Assembly (NCBI GenBank): GCA_036264885.1 | Contig: DATAQC010000047.1 | Location: 2,105-66,104, forward strand | From: Acidimicrobiales bacterium | GTDB lineage: Bacteria; Actinomycetota; Acidimicrobiia; Acidimicrobiales; AC-14 | Length of the DNA: 64,000 nucleotides | Direction of reading: 5' to 3' | Shown: positions 49,935-57,129 of the stretch, in pieces | How positions within the stretch are numbered: the first letter of the stretch is position 1 | How the letters are laid out: each line of letters opens with the position of its first letter | Notes under the pieces: model-generated | Told to the model about the DNA's origin: nothing | Databases searched by the model: none | The model's input: the letters and a program-made list of their open reading frames with translations, nothing else | Program-made: the position numbers and the translations under genes

Positions 49935-51323
49935 ATGCCGAGCCTGCGACTGTTCGCGGCGGCGCGCGAGGCCGCCGGTGTGGCTCGGGCCGACTTCGAG
50001 GGGACGACCGTCGCCGAGATGCTCCAGGCCGCCGAGGCCTCCTTCGGCGAGCGGTTCAGTGCCGTGTTGCGGCAGTCCCGGGTGTGGGTGAACGGCGAGC
50101 CGGCGACGGCCGAGACGGCCGTCACGGGCCACGACGTGGTGGCCGTCCTCCCCCCGGTCTCGGGTGGCGCCGGCGAGGTGGCGGCCACCTCGACCCCGGT
50201 TCGTCCCCGTCCCGCCCGTCCCCTCCCTACCCGCCTCGCACCCACCGCCCCCCGGCGCACCGCCGCCCCCGCCGGACCCGCGCCCACGGCCGGCCCCCAG
50301 CCCACGGCCGGCCCCCAGCCCACGGCCGGCCCCAGCCCCACCGCCGCTCCTGCCCGGCGTCCCGTGGCCCCCGAGACCGCGCCGGCGGTGCGCGCGCCCG
50401 GGCCCGTTCCGAGGGATCAGGCCCCGACCACGACCAGATCCGGGCCGGCGCTCCCGTCGAAGGCGACGGCCGGGGCGGCCGGCAGAACTCCGGCGGTGCC
50501 GGCCGCCACCAGCCCGGCGGCAGCGGCGACGGCCACGACGGGGCTGGCGGCGTCCGACGAGTGGTGGGAGCCGCTGGCCCGGCTCGGGGTGGTCTACGAC
50601 AACAGCCGTCCGCACGGGAGGATCGGCCTGGCCTGGGCGGTGGTGACGGTGGGCGCCACCATCGCCGGCCCGACCTGGATCGCCGCCTGGTTGGCGGTGA
50701 GCGCCTTCGTCGGCGCCTCCCAGGCCGCCGGGACCCGCCGGGCCCTCGACGTGGCCCCACCACCGTGGCTGGCGGCGGTGACCTCGTTGGCGCCGCCGGT
50801 GGCGGCAATGTTCGGCGGGCGCTACGCCGTGGCCGTCATCGCCACCGGCCTGGGGCTGGCCATCGTCGTCCGGGTGTTCGTCAACCACAAGGGCACCGCC
50901 GAGAACCTCGCCCTGGCCCTGGTCATCGGGATGGCCACCGGCTCGGCCGCCGCCGCCGTGGCCCTCACCAGAGACGTCAACATCGCCGCCGCCGTCTACC
51001 TCCTCGCCTGCGCGTGCATCTACGATGCCGGGGCCTATCTCGTCGGGACCGGGGCCTCGGCCGCCTGGGAGGGACCGGTGGCGGGGGTGGTGGCCCTCAT
51101 CCCCGTGACGATCCTGGCCGCCGTCGTGCTCGTCCCGCCCTTCCCAGGCGGCACGCCGTTGGCCCTGGGGCTGCTGGCCGCCGTCCTCGCCCCCCTGGGC
51201 CCGCTGGCCGGCACCGCCCTGCTCGGCCGCCGCGACGCCGACGCCCCCGGCCTCCGACGTCTCGACTCGCTGATCTTCCTCGCCCCCGCATGGGCCTGGC
51301 TGATCACCACGATCCTGCGCTGA
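49935..51323 (+). CDS. Fusion protein: MoaD/ThiS-like ubiquitin-fold domain, Pro-rich repeat linker, degenerate CdsA-like membrane domain
   Basis: The N-terminus is LRLFAAAREAAG....F.G.TV.E.L.......G..F......SRVWVNGEPA......GH.VVAVLPPVSGG. The ORF then continues without a stop. The linker carries an 18-bp x ~2.9 repeat (PTAGPQ). The C-terminus has YDAGAYLVGTGASAAWEGP and RRLDSLIF, which resemble CDP-diglyceride synthase motifs but lack the K-D and HGG residues. Confidence 0.6.
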   Translation: MPSLRLFAAAREAAGVARADFEGTTVAEMLQAAEASFGERFSAVLRQSRVWVNGEPATAETAVTGHDVVAVLPPVSGGAGEVAATSTPVRPRPARPLPTRLAPTAPRRTAAPAGPAPTAGPQPTAGPQPTAGPSPTAAPARRPVAPETAPAVRAPGPVPRDQAPTTTRSGPALPSKATAGAAGRTPAVPAATSPAAAATATTGLAASDEWWEPLARLGVVYDNSRPHGRIGLAWAVVTVGATIAGPTWIAAWLAVSAFVGASQAAGTRRALDVAPPPWLAAVTSLAPPVAAMFGGRYAVAVIATGLGLAIVVRVFVNHKGTAENLALALVIGMATGSAAAAVALTRDVNIAAAVYLLACACIYDAGAYLVGTGASAAWEGPVAGVVALIPVTILAAVVLVPPFPGGTPLALGLLAAVLAPLGPLAGTALLGRRDADAPGLRRLDSLIFLAPAWAWLITTILR

Positions 51324-51364
51324 CGACCAGTCGGCTGACGACCGGTCGGCTGACGACCAGTCGG
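51320..51364. repeat. 15-bp direct repeat x3 (CTGACGACCRGTCGG)
   Basis: Three head-to-tail units lie at 51320-51334, 51335-51349 and 51350-51364. The first overlaps the stop codon of the fusion gene. The array sits in the gap before convergent sodN. Confidence 0.85.
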
Positions 51365-51380
51365 CCCGGGTGCTGCGCTG

Positions 51381-51800
51381 CTAGGCCTTCTTCGTCTCCC
51401 AGAAGATGGTGTCGATCTGGCCGATGAGGTCGAGGAGCTGGTCACCGCTCGCCGGGTCCTCCGACTTCTTGGTCGCGCCGGCCGCCTTGGTGGCGTCCCA
51501 GAACAGCTGGTGCAGCTGCGGGTACTTCTCGACGTGCTCGGGCTTGAAGTAGTCGGTCCAGAGCACCCAGAGGTGGTGCTTCACCAGGTCGGCGCGCTCC
51601 TCTTTGATCTGCACGGCGCGCTGGCGGAAGACCTCGTCGTCGGAGGCCTGGAACTTCTCCTGGCACCCCTTGACCGATTGGGCCTCGATACGGGCCTGGG
51701 CCGGGTCGTAGACCCCACAGGGGAGATCGCAGTGGGCGTGCACCCGTTCGGGCGGACGGATCCGGTCGACGAGGGCGGTGATGCCGGTGAGAATGGGCAT
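51381..51800 (-). CDS. sodN: Nickel-containing superoxide dismutase precursor
   Basis: The Ni-hook HCDLPCGVYDP follows a 22-aa propeptide ending in Ala. The product is 139 aa. I trimmed it from the 276-aa track ORF. Confidence 0.92.
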   Translation of the reverse strand: MPILTGITALVDRIRPPERVHAHCDLPCGVYDPAQARIEAQSVKGCQEKFQASDDEVFRQRAVQIKEERADLVKHHLWVLWTDYFKPEHVEKYPQLHQLFWDATKAAGATKKSEDPASGDQLLDLIGQIDTIFWETKKA

Positions 51801-51860
51801 GCCTGATGCTCCTCCGCTTCGATTGTTGATGCCCCAGAACACTACCCAGTCCCCCGAAGG

Positions 51861-52265
51861 GTGACGGCAACGCGGCGATCGTGGGCCTTCGCGGTTCTCG
51901 CCGGCGGGGCCTGGGCGGCGCTCCGGGTGGGCCGGGTCAGGCGGGTCGAGGTGGTGGGCGACAGCATGCGTCCCACGCTGGAGCCCGGCGACCGCCTGGT
52001 GTTGAGCCGGGGGCGCCGGCCTCGGGTGGGCGAGCTGGTGGCGGTGGTCGATCCGCGACAACCGGCGCGCACCGTGATCAAGCGTCTGGCCGCCGTCTCC
52101 GCCGCGGGGCTCATCGTCGTGGGCGACAACCCGGCGGCCAGCACCGACAGCCGGGTCTTCGGGCCTGTCGCCCCCGGCGCCGTTCGTGGTCGGGTCGTTT
52201 ACCGCTACCACCCCGTCGACCGGCGTGGCCGGCTGTCCTCACCCGGCCCGACCAGCCGTTGGTAA
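51861..52265 (+). CDS. sodX: Ni-SOD maturation protease (S26 signal-peptidase family)
   Basis: Contains GDSMRPTL and VIKRL...GDN...S.DSR motifs. It is divergent from sodN across a 60-bp gap. Confidence 0.85.
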   Translation: MTATRRSWAFAVLAGGAWAALRVGRVRRVEVVGDSMRPTLEPGDRLVLSRGRRPRVGELVAVVDPRQPARTVIKRLAAVSAAGLIVVGDNPAASTDSRVFGPVAPGAVRGRVVYRYHPVDRRGRLSSPGPTSRW

Positions 52266-52274
52266 CGTGCTGCC

Positions 52275-52775
52275 ATGGGATGGAGGGACGACCTGGACCG
52301 CATCCTGGCGCCCGACTATCTCGGCGACACCGCCACCCGCTCCATCGAGGAGCTCCGTGAGATGGCCGCCCAGTCCCAGGCCGTGGGGGACGACATCTCG
52401 TACCTTCGGCGCCAGGTACAGGGGCGCCTCGACATCGTCCGCTGGGAGCTGGCGCGGCGAGAATCGGGCGAGGGCCGGTCGAGCACCGACGACCTGGTGA
52501 AGAGCCTCAGCGGCGTGCTGGCGGCCAACGTCCACGCCCCCGGCCACCAGCAGATGGTGGATGGCGTCGAGCCCGCCCACCTCGACGAGCTCACCGATGA
52601 GCTCAGCGCCCTCGTGCCCCCGGTGTGGAAGCTGCCCGATCTCGACGACACCGAGCTGCAGGCGCTGGCCGACGGTCTGGCCCGGCACGAGAGCGAGTAC
52701 TCGTCGTTGCGCAGGGAGGTCTTCTCCCGCGCCGATGCCCTCCGGGGCGCAATCACCGCCCAACTCGGCGGCTGA
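52275..52775 (+). CDS. Helical protein with RsiG-like motifs (possible c-di-GMP-binding anti-sigma factor)
   Basis: 166 aa, predicted helical. ISYLRRQVQGRLD fits S-x2-R-x3-Q-x3-D. ESEYSSLRREVFSRAD fits E-x3-S-x2-R-x7-D. I am confident it is a CDS but the functional call is tentative. Confidence 0.4.
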   Translation: MGWRDDLDRILAPDYLGDTATRSIEELREMAAQSQAVGDDISYLRRQVQGRLDIVRWELARRESGEGRSSTDDLVKSLSGVLAANVHAPGHQQMVDGVEPAHLDELTDELSALVPPVWKLPDLDDTELQALADGLARHESEYSSLRREVFSRADALRGAITAQLGG

Positions 52776-52781
52776 GTTACT

Positions 52782-52910
52782 GGCGGCTTCGCCGCCCCGG
52801 GCGGGGCCCCAACCCCGCCCTCCTCCGAAGCGGCGGGGCCCCCACCCCGCCGCCGGCCGTGTTACCGGCGGCTTCGCCGCCCCGGCCGTGTCCCTGGCGG
52901 CTTCGCCGCC
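52782..52910. repeat. Array of three GGCGGCTTCGCCGCC hairpin units plus duplicated GGGGCCCC(A)ACCCCGCC motif
   Basis: The 15-nt self-complementary unit occurs at 52782-52796, 52867-52881 and 52896-52910. The first two sit in a longer shared context, GTTACYGGCGGCTTCGCCGCCCCGG. Confidence 0.8.
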
Positions 52911-52970
52911 ACGGGCGGCGCCCTCCCGGTGGTGAAGGTAGAGGTCCGTCACTGGGTAGGGTTGCACCCC

Positions 52971-54179
52971 GTGCGTCGGCTGGCCGTCATCTCGTTGCAC
53001 ACCTCTCCGCTCGCCCAGCCAGGTGCGGGAGACGGTGGGGGCATGAACGTCTATGTGCGTTCGCTGTCGTCGGCGCTGGCCCGCGCCGGCATCGACTGCG
53101 ACGTGTACACGCGCGCCTGGCGTGGCGGACTGGCCCCGGTGGTTTCGGTGGAGCCCGGGTTCCGGGTGCACCACGTTCCCGCCGGCCCCATGGCCACGGT
53201 GCCCAAGGAGTCGATGCCCGAGCTGGTGCCGGAGTTCACCAAAGGCGTCCTGGCCGCCGTCGCCGCCCACGGTTCGGCCGATCTCATCCACGCCAACTAC
53301 TGGCTGTCGGGCGTGGCCGGCCACGCCCTCAAGCACGAGCTGGGCCTCCCGCTCGTCAGCACCTTCCACACCCTGGCGAGGGTCAAGGCCCAGGTCATGG
53401 CGGACAAGGGCGAGAGCCGGGGGCGGGCCGAGGCCGAGGTGGTCGGGTGCTCGGATGCCATCCTGGCCTCCTCCGACGACGAACGGGCCCAGCTCGAGCG
53501 CCTCTACGACGCGCCGCCGGGGCGGGTGGAGATCGTGCCACCCGGTGTCGACCACGAGCGGTTCGCCCCCGGCGACCGGGCCCGAGCGAGGTCCGACCTC
53601 GGGCTCGGTGATGGCCCGGTGCTGCTGTTCGTGGGCCGGATCCAGCCCCTCAAGGGTGTCGATGTGGCCATCGAGACGGTCGCCCGGCTGCATGGCGATG
53701 TCACCCTCGTCATCGTCGGCGGCCCCTCGGGGCCCGACGGCCAGAGTGAGCGTCGTCGCCTCGATGGTCTCGTCGCCCAGCTCGGCGTCGAGTCGCGCGT
53801 CCGCTTCGTCGAACCCCAGCCCCATGCCCAGCTGGCGGCGTGGTACCGCGCTGCGGACGTCTGCCTGGTCCCCAGCCGGTCCGAGTCGTTCGGTTTGGTG
53901 GCCTTGGAGGCGGCGGCCTGCGGGACGCCGGTGGTGGCCGCCGCCGTCGGGGGACTGCCCACACTGGTCGTCCACGGTGTGACCGGGTACCTCGTCGAGG
54001 GCGGCGACTCCCGAGGTTTCGCGGCGCGGGTGGGCGAGGTGCTCGGCGAGCCGGCGCGTGCCGCCCGCATGGGCCAGGCCGCCTCCCTGGGAGCCCGTCG
54101 CTACAGCTGGTCGATCACCGCGGCGCGCCTCCGGCGCCTGTATGCGGATCTGACCGCCCGCGACCTGGTGGAGTGTTAG
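52971..54179 (+). CDS. mshA: D-inositol-3-phosphate glycosyltransferase (mycothiol biosynthesis)
   Basis: Contains the RRLAVISLHTSPL.QPG.GD.GGMNVYV signature and a GT4 C-terminal E-x7-E region. I preferred the GTG start at 52971; the track start at 52929 is possible. Confidence 0.85.
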   Translation: MRRLAVISLHTSPLAQPGAGDGGGMNVYVRSLSSALARAGIDCDVYTRAWRGGLAPVVSVEPGFRVHHVPAGPMATVPKESMPELVPEFTKGVLAAVAAHGSADLIHANYWLSGVAGHALKHELGLPLVSTFHTLARVKAQVMADKGESRGRAEAEVVGCSDAILASSDDERAQLERLYDAPPGRVEIVPPGVDHERFAPGDRARARSDLGLGDGPVLLFVGRIQPLKGVDVAIETVARLHGDVTLVIVGGPSGPDGQSERRRLDGLVAQLGVESRVRFVEPQPHAQLAAWYRAADVCLVPSRSESFGLVALEAAACGTPVVAAAVGGLPTLVVHGVTGYLVEGGDSRGFAARVGEVLGEPARAARMGQAASLGARRYSWSITAARLRRLYADLTARDLVEC

Positions 54180-54339
54180 GTAGTCTCTGCCCTTCCGGGG
54201 CACCAACTGTGAGGCTCCAGTCGACGTCCAGCCCTCCTCCAACGGGGTAGTTGGCGCGCCCCGAGATATTTCACACCATCTGCTTGCATCTGGTGCAGGG
54301 GCCGGGCTAGGGTGGCAGTGGCCCGAGGGGCAGAACGGA

Positions 54340-54500
54340 GTGGTCGTTCGGGGAAGTGCGACTGCACCGGGAGGTTCCTCGGGCCCCTCGTCGCATGGTC
54401 ACCATCCGGGTCGTCAGTGCCCCGGGCACTGCACCGGTCCCCACCTGCACTTCGAGATTGGCAGCCCCCGAGACCCCAGGCCTTCCTACCCTGAGCGGCA
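54340..54500 (+). pseudogene. Remnant of an M23 (LytM-type) peptidase C-terminus
   Basis: The frame containing 54433-54459 reads TGPHLHFEI, the hallmark HxH motif context of M23 peptidases. There is no room upstream for the HxxxD half, and neighbouring frames suggest frameshifts. Confidence 0.4.
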
Positions 54501-54545
54501 CGCACTGCCAGCGTCCACCCGGTCGCCCCGCCTACATTCGTCGCC

Positions 54546-55340
54546 ATGGGCTTGCGGCTGGTCATCGTCGGTGGCGGGAAGATGGGCTCGGCATTGGTGG
54601 CCGGGCTGGTGGGTGCCCACTGGGCCGGAGCCGAACAGCTGGCGGTGGTCGAGCCCATCGCCGCCCGGCGCGACGAGCTGGGTCGCCTCCATCCCGGTCT
54701 GGCGGTCACCGCCGAGGTTCCCGGGGCCGAAGGCGCCGTCCTGGCCGTGAAGCCGTCCGACGTCGCTGCCGCCTGTGCCGGCGTCGCCGGCGCCGGGATC
54801 GCCCGGGTGCTGTCCATCGTGGCCGGGGTCGGGCTCGACAGCCTCCAGTCCGCCCTGGGTGATGACGTGGCCGTGGTGCGGGCCATGCCCAACACGCCGG
54901 CGCTGGTCGGCGCCGGGGCGGCGGCCATCGCCGGCGGCCCGGGCGCACGTGAGGCCGACCTCGACTGGGCCGACGGCATCCTGTCGGCCGTGGGCCTGGT
55001 CGTGCGCGTGGGCGAGCCTCTGCTCGACGCCGTGACCGGCCTGTCCGGGTCCGGGCCGGCCTATGTGTTCTACCTGGCCGAGGCGCTCATCGAGGCGGGG
55101 GTGCTCAACGGCTTGACCCGCGACGTGAGCCGGGCACTGGTGGTGCAGACCATCCTGGGATCGGCTCGGCTGCTCGACCAGTCGGGACAGTCGGCCGGCG
55201 AGCTCCGGGCGGCGGTGACCTCTCCCGGAGGCACCACCGCCGCCGGCGTGCGGGCCCTGGAGGCCGCCGCCGTGCGCAGCGCCGTGCTGGAGGCGGTGAC
55301 GGCGGCCGCCGAGCGCTCCCGGGAGCTGGGCCGGGGGTGA
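54546..55340 (+). CDS. proC: Pyrroline-5-carboxylate reductase
   Basis: Contains IVGGGKMG, RAMPNTPA, LSGSGPAYVF and SPGGTT motifs. Confidence 0.9.
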   Translation: MGLRLVIVGGGKMGSALVAGLVGAHWAGAEQLAVVEPIAARRDELGRLHPGLAVTAEVPGAEGAVLAVKPSDVAAACAGVAGAGIARVLSIVAGVGLDSLQSALGDDVAVVRAMPNTPALVGAGAAAIAGGPGAREADLDWADGILSAVGLVVRVGEPLLDAVTGLSGSGPAYVFYLAEALIEAGVLNGLTRDVSRALVVQTILGSARLLDQSGQSAGELRAAVTSPGGTTAAGVRALEAAAVRSAVLEAVTAAAERSRELGRG

Positions 55341-55359
55341 AATCCGGCCCCTCTTTCCC

Positions 55360-55602
55360 TTGTCCGCCCCGCGGCGTACATTGCCAGGAGCGAAGAGGGG
55401 AGAGTTCACGGTGAAGTCCGATGCGCGCGCGCGGTTTCTGACCGCGGCAGAGGTGGGTGGGCTCCTCCGGGTCTCCACCATGACGGTCTACCGGCTGATC
55501 AAGAGCGGCCAGCTGGCCGCCGTCCGGGTCGGCAAGTCCTACCGGGTCCGAGAGGACGACGTCGACCGCTTCCTCGCCAGCACCTACACCGAAGCAGGCT
55601 GA
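55360..55602 (+). CDS. Excisionase-family helix-turn-helix DNA-binding protein
   Basis: Contains LT.AEV..LLRVS..TVYRLI..G.L.A.RVG...R. As I recall, a small HTH gene lies immediately after proC in other actinobacteria. The start is uncertain. Confidence 0.75.
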   Translation: MSAPRRTLPGAKRGEFTVKSDARARFLTAAEVGGLLRVSTMTVYRLIKSGQLAAVRVGKSYRVREDDVDRFLASTYTEAG

Positions 55603-55670
55603 CCTCCCAGGCTGGACCTCCCCCAGGCTGGACCTCCCCCAGGCTGGACCTCCCCAGGCTGGACCTCCCC
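55595..55670. repeat. 16-bp tandem repeat CAGGCTGGACCTCCCC, about 4.7 copies
   Basis: Head-to-tail copies begin at about 55595 (partial, overlapping the TGA of the HTH gene), 55608, 55624, 55640 and 55655. They are followed by the hairpin CCGGCC-GGAGGAG-GGCCGG at 55670-55688. Confidence 0.85.
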
Positions 55671-55711
55671 CGGCCGGAGGAGGGCCGGCCTGGCAGTAGC
55701 GTGCCGAGGGC

Positions 55712-56560
55712 ATGGCTGCCGGGTTCGACACCGTCTCGTTCCTGTCCGACTACGGGCTGGCCGACGAGTTCGTCGGCGTGGTCAAGGCGGTGATCGCCGC
55801 CATCGCCCCCGCGGCGCGGGTGATCGACGTGAGCCACCAGGTCGCCCCCCACGACATCCGGGCGGGCAGCCTGGTGCTGGCCCGCAGCATCCAGTACCTG
55901 CCTCAGGGAGTGGTGCTGGCTGTCGTCGACCCCGGCGTCGGCACCGCCCGGCGTGCCGTGGCCGTCGAGGTCGGTGGCGACGACGGCGGTGCCGACGACG
56001 GCGGTGGCGACGACCGCTGGGTGCTGATCGGCCCTGACAATGGCCTGCTGGCTCCTGCGGTGGCCCTGGCCGGCGGCGCCCGGCGGGCGGTGTCGCTCAC
56101 CAACACCGACTGGCACCTGGCCGCACCGGGGCCCACTTTCGCCGGGCGCGACGTGTTCGGGCCGGCGGCCGCCCACCTGTGCGCCGGCGTGGAGCTCGAC
56201 GAGCTGGGTGACCCCGTCGACCCGTTCACCCTCGTGCCCGGCATCATCCCTCTCCCCCGGGAGGAGAACGGCGGGGTGGAGGGCGAGGTGCTGTGGGTCG
56301 ACCGGTTCGGCAACGCCCAGCTCAACGTGGGGCCCGACGAGATCGAGGCCATGGGCTCGCCCGTCGTGGTGCGCATGGGCGAACGGACCCGCAGCGCGGC
56401 GCGGGTGGCCAGTTTCGCCGAGCTGTCCACCGGACAGGTCGGCCTGGTCGTGGACTCCTACGGCCTGCTGGCCGTGGCCCTCGATCGCCGGTCGGCGGCC
56501 GAGGACCTCTCGCTGGCCGCCGGGGACCTGGTCCGCCTCGAGCCCACCGGTGACGCGTGA
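55712..56560 (+). CDS. SAM hydroxide adenosyltransferase / DUF62 (SAM hydrolase-halogenase family)
   Basis: Contains SFLSDYGL.DEFVGV.K, DVSH, VVDPGVGT.RR and GPDNGLL motifs. Confidence 0.8.
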   Translation: MAAGFDTVSFLSDYGLADEFVGVVKAVIAAIAPAARVIDVSHQVAPHDIRAGSLVLARSIQYLPQGVVLAVVDPGVGTARRAVAVEVGGDDGGADDGGGDDRWVLIGPDNGLLAPAVALAGGARRAVSLTNTDWHLAAPGPTFAGRDVFGPAAAHLCAGVELDELGDPVDPFTLVPGIIPLPREENGGVEGEVLWVDRFGNAQLNVGPDEIEAMGSPVVVRMGERTRSAARVASFAELSTGQVGLVVDSYGLLAVALDRRSAAEDLSLAAGDLVRLEPTGDA

Positions 56561-56646
56561 GACGGGGCACCACCATCGCCCTGGCGGCCCTGCTGTTCGC
56601 CATCTTCGCCGCCGCCATCGCCCAGTTCCTCATCATCGGCCGGTAG
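56557..56646 (+). CDS. Hydrophobic micro-ORF (29 aa), hypothetical
   Basis: The GTG overlaps the upstream TGA (GTGA at 56557-56560). The product is VRRGTTIALAALLFAIFAAAIAQFLIIGR. GC3 is high. It is not in the ORF track. Confidence 0.3.
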   Translation: MRRGTTIALAALLFAIFAAAIAQFLIIGR

Positions 56647-56662
56647 CCGGCCGGTCGAACGG

Positions 56663-57073
56663 TCAGCCCGTCCGATCCCCGAGTGAGCTGCACAGGCGGC
56701 TGATCTCGCGCTCGAGCGAGTTCAGCCCCTCGACCTTGTCGAGGCACAGAGCGACGCCCGCCTCGTCGGCCTCGCGCTGCAGGGCATCGTCGATGTAGGC
56801 GGTGTAGAGCACGACGACCTGGTCGGGCCGCCGGCCCCGCAGCCGGCGGGCGGCGTCCAGGCCGTCCATCACCGGCATCTTGTAATCGATGACGATCACA
56901 TCGGGATCGGCCTCGTCGACATGGTCGAGGGCATCGGGGCCGCCCGACGCCTGGTGGACCACGTCGAAGCCGTCGACGGTGAGCATGGTCGTGAGCATCC
57001 GCCGTACGTGGTCGGTGTCATCGACGATCATCACCCGGATGGGCGCCCGGCTGGCCTCGGCCACGCACGCCAA
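56663..57073 (-). CDS. Stand-alone response-regulator receiver (CheY-like)
   Basis: Contains VMIVDD, the phospho-acceptor context VIVIDYKMPVMDG, and a later conserved Lys region. No output domain or adjacent kinase is present. Confidence 0.8.
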   Translation of the reverse strand: MACVAEASRAPIRVMIVDDTDHVRRMLTTMLTVDGFDVVHQASGGPDALDHVDEADPDVIVIDYKMPVMDGLDAARRLRGRRPDQVVVLYTAYIDDALQREADEAGVALCLDKVEGLNSLEREISRLCSSLGDRTG

Positions 57074-57129
57074 TCTACCGGGTCGGGGTAACTACCGACC
57101 TCCCCTGGGCAGGGGAGCGGGTCGGGATC

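Noticed and set aside
52239-54242. 667-aa ORF on the minus strand
   Set aside because: It is antisense to the RsiG-like gene and mshA. It has no motifs and a low-complexity Gly/Arg/Pro composition.
54180-54340. Possible small structured RNA (for example 6S-like) in the first part of the mshA-proC gap
   Set aside because: I saw only a single long-range complementarity and no recognisable family signature. There is not enough evidence to call an ncRNA.
55360-55602. Excisionase-family HTH gene as evidence of a prophage or integrative element
   Set aside because: There is no integrase, recombinase or phage gene nearby. As I recall, a small HTH gene directly downstream of proC is a conserved actinobacterial arrangement.
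55595-55670. Tandem or direct repeats (also 51320-51364 and 52782-52910) as a CRISPR array
   Set aside because: The units are contiguous or irregularly spaced, too short and too few, have no unique spacers of uniform length, and no cas genes are present.
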